NCBI GenBank assembly: GCA_964304625.1 | Contig: OZ199838.1 | Coordinates: forward strand, 10,187,741-10,251,740 | Reading direction: 5' to 3' | Length of the DNA: 64,000 bases | Source: Kudoa neothunni | Taxonomy: Eukaryota > Animalia > Cnidaria | Shown here: piece after piece, positions 56,092-64,000 of the stretch | How the letters are laid out: every line of letters begins with the position of its first letter | How positions within the stretch are numbered: position 1 is the first letter of the stretch | The notes under the pieces: model-generated | Told to the model about the DNA's origin: nothing | Seen by the model: only the letters and a program-made list of their open reading frames with translations | The model's database searches: none | Program-made: the position numbers and the translations under genes

Positions 56092-59000
56092 CATATACAA
56101 TTTTTCTAAAAAATATCTTTTATAAATGCAGAATATACATTTAGTTTCATTAATTCAGTGACGAATTTTAACATACCTAATTTGTATCCGTAATATCCAA
56201 ATGAAAATACAGTAAAGTAAAACTATTTTCCCAATTCGTATTTTAAATTTTTATAATTAGGTAAATATTTTTAACAGACGATTGATACATCACTAAAATT
56301 TAATAAAATGTTGAGTATTCTACTTTTAAATAATAAATGTTTGAAATTATCTTGTAGTGTAGCGCCAAATAATTGAGACTGTTTAACTTCCACATAAAAT
56401 TATATTTGAATATTATATATCGATATTGGTGTTGTTATTATTATTACTATCATCATTATCATAATTATCTTTTTTTTCTCAAACCTACAACTGTTTGAAA
56501 TACACCTTTTGGTCTACCTCTCAATTTCACTACTGTTGGCAGTTTAATTCTTATAATTTTATGAATTTAGCAAAATGGACAAAAGATACACACCCTCCAA
56601 AGATGGATTTTTAGTTGTGGTATCATATACAATATTCGGGATCTCCATATCAGTCATTGATGATGGAACATTATCATTAACTGCTTCTAGTCTAAACTCA
56701 TTCTCTATTCGTGATTCCTCAGTAACAAAACACAAAATAAAAATTCTACTAAAGACAATATCATTAATTACATGTTGGGATTGAAATCTCTTGATTGTTT
56801 TCGATGACAAATTCAGACATTAATTTGAACTAAATTAAGTTGATATATGAATAGTGGAAAAAATAGTCACCTTATCCAGAGAATCTCCATTGGAAATAAG
56901 AGAGATTAATTCACCTAAAATCTTTTTTAATGAATCATATTTACTCCCTGTTTTTTCATAACCTATCGAAGCTATTTTCTTAAAAAGAATTTCTAGCTCC
57001 CTGTATCGCTTAAAAGCAGAATTCGGAACGGGGCACTGACTCGAAATTTCTGTAATACTTGGTTGCACACAACACGAAGGATTTTGAAGGTATAAATTTT
57101 TGGTCATTTGAATAAATGATAGGTAATAATTCTTGTGCCACCTCTTATTACAAATTTTCTCTTCATATAAATTCATGTTCATTTTTTTTCTAGCATAAAT
57201 ATGTCTACATAGTAATTCCATACCTAAGTAGAAAAAACATGTACAACTATTGGGATCAGGATTGGCATAGGGTTCGATATGATTATTTATTTCATCCCGC
57301 ATAATATTATTCGCATATGAAGTTAACAATGTTTTATAGCGTTCGTTAATGTCTGAATTTAATTTCTCAACAGTTTGGGTTGTCCACTCTCTAACTGCTT
57401 TACTCTCACGTTCAGTCCTCATACTTTATAAATAAATAAGCAGATCACTGAAAAAGACTTCAATTGTTGAGAATTTTTTTAAGATTTGTTTAACTTTGGA
57501 ATTTATGCATTCTAATCGATTATTGGTTTCATTTAAAAAGTACCCTTTAGGTTCATGTATGCCGGGCACCATTCATGTTTGATTGGATCCCAAGATTTAT
57601 TATAACAACTAATGATTTTTTGGTTACATGTCCTATTTAACAATTCATGGTAATTTTCATAAATTTTTGGATCATCGGTATAACAAAGCTTTTGAATCAA
57701 CTCTAAGGCAGTTTTTCTTTAAGCTTTGTTTATTCTCATTCTTAATGTAGAGATTTCTCTACCAAATGTTCTTAAGACATGGTACAGGCATAAGTTTGTA
57801 CTTACGTTAGGAAATACAGATCTTATAGAGTCTCTTTCAATTATGTCTTTATCCGTAATGAAACAAACTATTTTGGTTGACATTTCCTCATTATGTTTAA
57901 GTAGAGATTAACATAACCAGGCAACAGTCACGGTATTCTCCTCAGATAAAAGAGCAATAGCTCCTATTTGGCTTTGCTCAAAAGAATCGATAAACAGACT
58001 TATATACAATGGGATACGATTATTGATTAATTTATAAGTAGCATCCGTAAATACTAATTCGGGGAATTTTTTAATAACATTTTTCATATAAAGGTCTTGG
58101 AAAAATATTCCAGTCATTTCATTGGAGTTATTGTGCAATATTTCGATAGTTCCATTTGGGTGAGAACTTTTTATTGAATTAAACAACTCCGAAATATCAG
58201 AAAAACATTTTTTTAGTGTTTGGATATAATTATGGATTTGCTTCAACGAAACCTTTTTTTGTGATTGGTTCATGATTTCTACTTGTACTCTTTTTAAATT
58301 TCCATCATAAAAATGAACATTTTTTATAAGATTTTTTCTTTCTTCATCTAATTTTCTATTCATTGGAAAAAAATCCTTAAAATGCTCATTTCTGTTGCAG
58401 CTGTGAGTAAGATCCAATTTTCTAATAACTAACATGTTCATGTTTTTAGGAACTCGCAGTGTAATGAAGAAATTGCAACCACTTTTATGGCTGTTGATTT
58501 TTCTCTTCCCAGCACTTTTAGATCGTATCTGAATTCAAATTAATTACATCAATGTTTATATAGATAATTACATTTTTACCACCATGAACACAACAAAAAG
58601 TGGCTTCATAATAACCAAGATCAGAGTTCATGTCTGTTAAATTTTTGTAAGGCAGTTGAGATTTTTCTAGAGTCTCGGATCCAGTAACAAAAGTTGTTTC
58701 GCTTTGAGTATTTATCCATGAATTCTTTAGTCTTTTCAAAGTTTGTAAATGCATTTCCGACCTTAGGTTCAGATGTAATATCCTGAATTAGTAGTGTTTG
58801 ATCAGACTCTCCCTCCGTACTGATTCTACTCGCGACTATCAACGTTACAACCGCACGCTAATGGATATTTTACTCGTTTATAGTGCTGTAACACATAAAA
58901 TTAGGTTAATTACGAAAATAATATAGATTTACAAAAAATTTAATGTCATTTATAATGATACTTATGAATGAGTTTAAAATATCCTCGATGTATTTTGATG

Positions 59001-59134
59001 CCTAATTGTTAACTAAAAGATAAATGAAGCTAAATTTATGTTCTGCATTTATAAAATATATTTTTTAGAAAAAATTGTCGCGATTGAATTATTATTTTAG
59101 GAGAAAAATCGCGTTCGGCAAAATAGACACTGCC
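56092..59134 (-). mobile_element. Mutator/MULE transposon (FAR1-MULE-SWIM transposase), degenerate
   Basis: FAR1 region (YYEATFCCVHGG...GCNF...THSC), FPELVFTDATYK, LCLYHVLRTF, ETNNRLECIN, SWIM CTC...CRH, and a C-terminal RGRPKG. About 55 bp near 56097-56152 is the inverted repeat of about 59023-59078. The right end reads AATAGACACTGCC. Confidence 0.92.
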
Positions 59135-59882
59135 TAAAATCTTACTACCAAATTTAGCCAATAAGGCAGAAGGTAATAGAACAAGCATTGTTTAATTCCC
59201 AAAAGAAGGGAAAACTATATTTTATAGAAAACTTTATAAAAATAAAATTAAAAAAGATATATAATGATTAAAATATAAATTAGTTTAAGTAATATCCTCG
59301 TAAAGTATTAAATACACATTTGCCACAAGGTTATTTTTCAGATACAGTAGCCATATACGCGTATGTCGACGCATTTTACGAAAAAAATATGTTATTTTTA
59401 ATGTGGTCAATAAAATTTATGGGGGGTTTTAATTCAAATGGGCTATCCAAACCGCCGTATTTGTTAAATAAGAATTGACGAAATCGCGCTCAACTCAAAT
59501 CCAACGAACACACCGTATATAAAATAACATTTTCAATACGAATAAAAGCTCCGATAAGTATTAATAATAAAAATAAGCGTACACTCATGCGATTTTAAAC
59601 AACATAATACTATCTAACGCTCAAACCCATAAGTAAATTTTAATACAAATATAGTTTTATAAAATTTTAGTCCTGGGGAAATAAAAAATAACTTTACGTA
59701 TTATAATAATCAGTTTTGTAGTGTCATCTATTTTAGGAGATATTCATTACCGCAAGAATAGCCTGTCTCAAAATTATAGGATATTGCTTAGTATAATTCT
59801 AAATGAGTTAGTGCAACGATAAATAAGGTTTTGTTCCATTAAAAAACGAATATAAATACTTGAACAAAATTCAATATAATAA

Positions 59883-62400
59883 TTAAAAAAATTTGTCAAA
59901 AATTGAATCTTTGAAATCCACTCTTAGTTGTATAATACTTTCGATCAATGAACGATCGACCAATTTCTAAATAACAAATCACACCGTACAAATGAAACCC
60001 CAGCTCTTACCAAATCTTCATTGGACAAAAGTTCATTGATATTATCGGGATGAAGCATGAGAAAGTCCACCAAACTATCAAGAATGTTGAACAATTGTTT
60101 AATATTAGAATTCTGAAGTAAGAGTTATTGAGTGAGAAAAGAAATTATTACTTTATTGGGATTGATTCGACGAGAATATTCAGATATGTCCCAACCAATA
60201 AGCATAGCTCCTTCCGAGGTGAAGTTGAAATTACGCAAGTGATCGAGATAAATTTTGAGAAATCTCATAGCGAATTCAGTGTTGATAACATCATAGTTGG
60301 AGCCTTCTAGCGAATATGATAGTTCTTGTAGAAAGTAGTCGATAGCATCACACACAGAATTCATGGCCTAATTAAATTTGAGAAATTATATCCATTGTAG
60401 CCCATCGTTTTGGGGAAGAAATATTACTTTGGTCCCAAGCACCCCACTTTTACAGTTGAGAAATTCGTTTTGTTTCTGTTCTGTAGACAAAATATGCCTG
60501 ATCCAATTTATATATGATGTCAATACTCTAATAGATAAATAGAACATAGTTATTATTCTTATTTTCCGCCAACATATTACCTTTCAATCCCATCCTGTAT
60601 TTTGGTTTCAAAAGTTTGTTTTATTGTTTTTAGATGATTCAAACATGTAGCATAATACGATGTGAGGCTTAATAAATCCAAAAATATTAACACAAATTAG
60701 TGGTAATTATAATTACCCAATAGTTTTCATAATCATTTCAGTGAAGTGTTTTTGTAGAAACAAAACGATGATATTCAGTTGTTCGACTAATTTGAAAAAA
60801 TCTAATGACGGTTTTTGTTTGGGATTAAAGGGTGGTAAAGCTAACCAAAAATTATTTGATTTCAGAAAGAAGAATAAATAATGTTGTTATTGGCATTTTA
60901 AAAAATACCCCAATTTATTTATTTTTCGCTATTATTAGTTTTAAAAAAATTTGAATGTTTTATTATCTTTAACAGCAATTTTATGAATTACTAGAGACTG
61001 TAGCTATTGACCCATACAAATTTCATCTTAAATGCCATACACGTTTGTGCGAAACGACATTTTTAGTTCAACAATTTCAATTTATACTTTTTATAATCAA
61101 TTTATATTTTATTATAAGATATGACAACATGATGTATTTCTTATGAGCTAAATGTAATTAACTATCGCTGGAACAACGGAGCCGACTGAATCCGTATTGG
61201 CCAATAAACACCCATTCAAACATATTAGTGGACATATGCAGCAAATACGGATTAATTTTGCCATGCCAATAAGGTGGACAATAAAAAATACATTTCAATG
61301 CCATATCGATACCATTATTGCAATAGATTCTGGGGAGATAATCAATCAGCACCATATATATCTGGACAATATTAGCAGCAAGATCAACAGATGGCGACAA
61401 CTATCGCGAGAAACCAATTATAAATTATAATAAATAATTCAGCAGTAGTTTACAATTTCGCATCTTTCAATCGCCAATCGATTATCCTGTATCATACTCA
61501 CAGCCACATTATGGGAGATAACCATTGCGACACTAAAGATGATCATTCATACAATACACCTTTAAATAAATAATAAATAGATTATCGATGCATACTCGAC
61601 TTTTGGTGCTGTAAGTTGTATGCTTGAGAAAATATTTTTGTTGACATTGACCTCTCCGAGATTCTTAGTGATTATGTCTTTGTAGCAATTTTTTAACAGC
61701 TGAACTTCCTTCCTAAAGCAGATTCAGTCACACCGCCATCCATACGTCTTAATAAGAGCAATCAATTAGATAAAGTACTGAATGTAGTTATCAAGATATT
61801 CCCCAAAAAGAGCTTTTTTGTGCATTTCCAGCGTTGATGCCTGTACAACAGTATTGGCGCCAAGAATCGCTTTTTCTATGGTGGCTGTTCTATTCCAAAA
61901 TGCGAATAATTAGACGAATCATTAGAAAACAATTATAATCAATAAGCTACTCTCGATATAAATTCTTCAAAATTTCAAATGTTTTCACATCGCTGTTCTG
62001 AAAATCTTTCATTTCTGTGATCACTCTTTTCTAAGAGATGTGTAATCACTTATAGACTCCAACCCAAGTTCTCACTCTGATAATGACTTCGAAGATACTT
62101 TGTACAAAATTGTTCATAACAAGTCGTTTATGCCCAGAAAATACGTGGTCAATAATTCGGGCACCAGTATTAAAAGTGTTAATAACTCCCATAGCGAAAT
62201 CTTGCGGTAACAACACAAAATCCTGAATAAAAAATTCGTATCCGAAAAATGAATCAATTCTAATTTAATTCTGTTACTTGTATACAGAGATTGATAAGAT
62301 TCGTGTAACAAGTGTGAAATTCCTATAGAATAAGATAATTTAGAAACATAAATATTTCCAAGATCAAAAATTAGAATTTTAATATCTATGGTATCTAAGG
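59883..62400 (-). CDS. EXOC5: Exocyst complex component 5 (Sec10); 5' exons unresolved, the gene extends further right
   Basis: IIDHVFSGHKRLVMNNFVQSIFE, LFGEYLDNYIQKE, VSMIQDNRLAIERCEILSPSVDL, FNFTSEGAMLIGWDISEY, LMLHPDNI and IQLRVDFK follow the Sec10 motif order. Confidence 0.88.
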
Positions 62401-62921
62401 TCTCAATAAGTCATTTTTGTCTGCGAGGTACTTAATTAACATTTTATTGTTAGGGATGTCTATTAGTTCGTACAAGATAATGTCAGCGTGTAATAATAAA
62501 TTATAATTTATTCTTTATCGCATATATGAGTATAGAAGTAGAATAAACAACAGATTTTAGCAGAATTCACGAAATGATTCATTTTTTACGAATAAACAGG
62601 AATTGTAAGGATTCAATAATGTTTTTTGAGCATGTACCGGATTATCTAAAAATGGTTGTATGCGGCCCAATAACGAAAGCCTATTCACTTTTCGTTAACG
62701 TTATTGCGCGTATACTACCATGCATGAGAAAATTTTAGAATCATATTAAAATTAATTCCACAACCCTAATCCCATTATCAGGAAATCACGCAAAATGCAA
62801 GGATTCTATAATTTATTAAATAGACGCGCCAAAAAATGTTCGACTAATGCGACTTAAAAAAAAGGTTCCAAACTAACTTTTTTCCACGTTTCTGGATAAT
62901 GGTGGTTTATGTACTTCCTTG

Positions 62922-63006
62922 CAATGTTTCCTCGAAAATAAGACCAAGTAACTATTTCTTGCGTAAAATTAATACAAGACCGGGTCTTATTTTGGGGGAA
63001 ATGCGG
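62922..63006. mobile_element. Short Tc1/mariner-type MITE
   Basis: Imperfect TIRs ...TTTCCTCGAAAATAAGACC / GGTCTTATTTTGGGGGAAATGCGG-TA. A related end with TAAGACC repeats occurs at about 23381-23460. Confidence 0.55.
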
Positions 63007-64000
63007 TAGCTTAAGATTCGGTAACAATAATTCTCATAATAATTAAATCCAGGCTTATGCATTTGGGCACTAATTGTTTATGATTTCAAAAAATTAAATA
63101 AAAATTTTATGTGGGTCTTTAATTAATAAAATAACAATTGACGAAGCCAAGAAGCCGAAAGCCCTGTTTTAACAAATGTAAAATGTAAGTGTTGTCCTGA
63201 TAGCGTTACCAAATAAACATTAAGTTTTAGAACCTATCCTTAAAAACCTAAATTTATTTAGTTAAACTATTATTTGACATTATCAATTAAAATAATAATT
63301 TTTTCTCCCCTTAAATATTTTTCATTCGAAAATCACAGAAAAATGATAAATCCTAAAATAATTAATAAGCTCTACATTCATGCAAAAATGCGATTAAACT
63401 TATTGAGCCAATTAAAGTTAATTATTTAGTCAATAGTAATAATAAATTTTAATTGATTTATTCATACATTCAGAGTACAGTTTTCTCGCATTTAGTTTTA
63501 TAAACGCTATAAATAACTAGAATTAGAGCTTTCCTATGACTGAAATTTTTTTGACCTAATTAGAAGATATTTAGTTGAATTCTTATTTATCTAAGATCAG
63601 GTATCTACCCATGTACAAACCTAAGTATTGGCGAACATTGTAATTTTCTTAGCTCTTAATTGTTTGAAAAAAGTGTCATCAAGTTAAAAATATTAATTAC
63701 TAAACGAATCTCCCATAATAATCAATTGAAAGACGTAAATAACTATAGATGGCGGCAAAGAGAAGTATTCGCTTCCATCTAAAATTAGAATTGGAACAAA
63801 CTTTATTGAACTTTATCGATTTTTATTCCAAAAAAAGATTAATTCATTTATAAATTAGTCATTAAATCAAATATAAACATAAATAACGACGAAATAAAAT
63901 AAATATTTATTAATTACATTATTAGCTACGATTTTTACGATTTAAACACTCGAAACTCAATAAACTTATGACTTAACTTGAATAATAGAAACTATTTATT

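Noticed and set aside
63100-63790. Exon-like segments on the minus strand
   Set aside because: I could not link them in frame to EXOC5 or assemble them into a separate gene.

Overview
This is AT-rich eukaryotic nuclear DNA. An eh1-bearing ANTP-type homeobox and a claudin/PMP22-like gene point to an animal. Compact genes are split by very short GT-AG introns (mostly about 30-75 nt) and interspersed with decayed DNA transposons. That architecture and the strong protein divergence fit a reduced parasitic metazoan such as a myxozoan; this is inference and was not verified. I built the gene models by hand splicing: an unknown gene at the left edge (-), GPN1 (+), an eh1 plus homeobox gene (+), NKAP (-), a double-domain DRAM/TMEM150-like gene (+), ABHD16A (-), a claudin-like gene (+), TXNDC17 (-), AP2S1 (+), ALIX/BRO1 (-), XPOT (+), a second frameshifted AP sigma paralog (-) and EXOC5/Sec10 (-). 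Mobile DNA includes pogo/Tigger, two Tc1-like (DD34E-type) elements, piggyBac, MULE, and several hAT, Tigger, piggyBac and MULE MITEs. Most notable: (1) a GC-rich hairpin intron that starts exactly at its 5' splice site and precedes a 15-nt microexon (tailed-mirtron or splicing-switch candidate); (2) an internally duplicated DRAM-family protein with mirrored intron phases; (3) host-sized 39-43 nt introns inside transposases of unrelated families; (4) recurrent NRF1-type palindromes at gene starts. All identifications come from manual motif recognition; no database searches were run.
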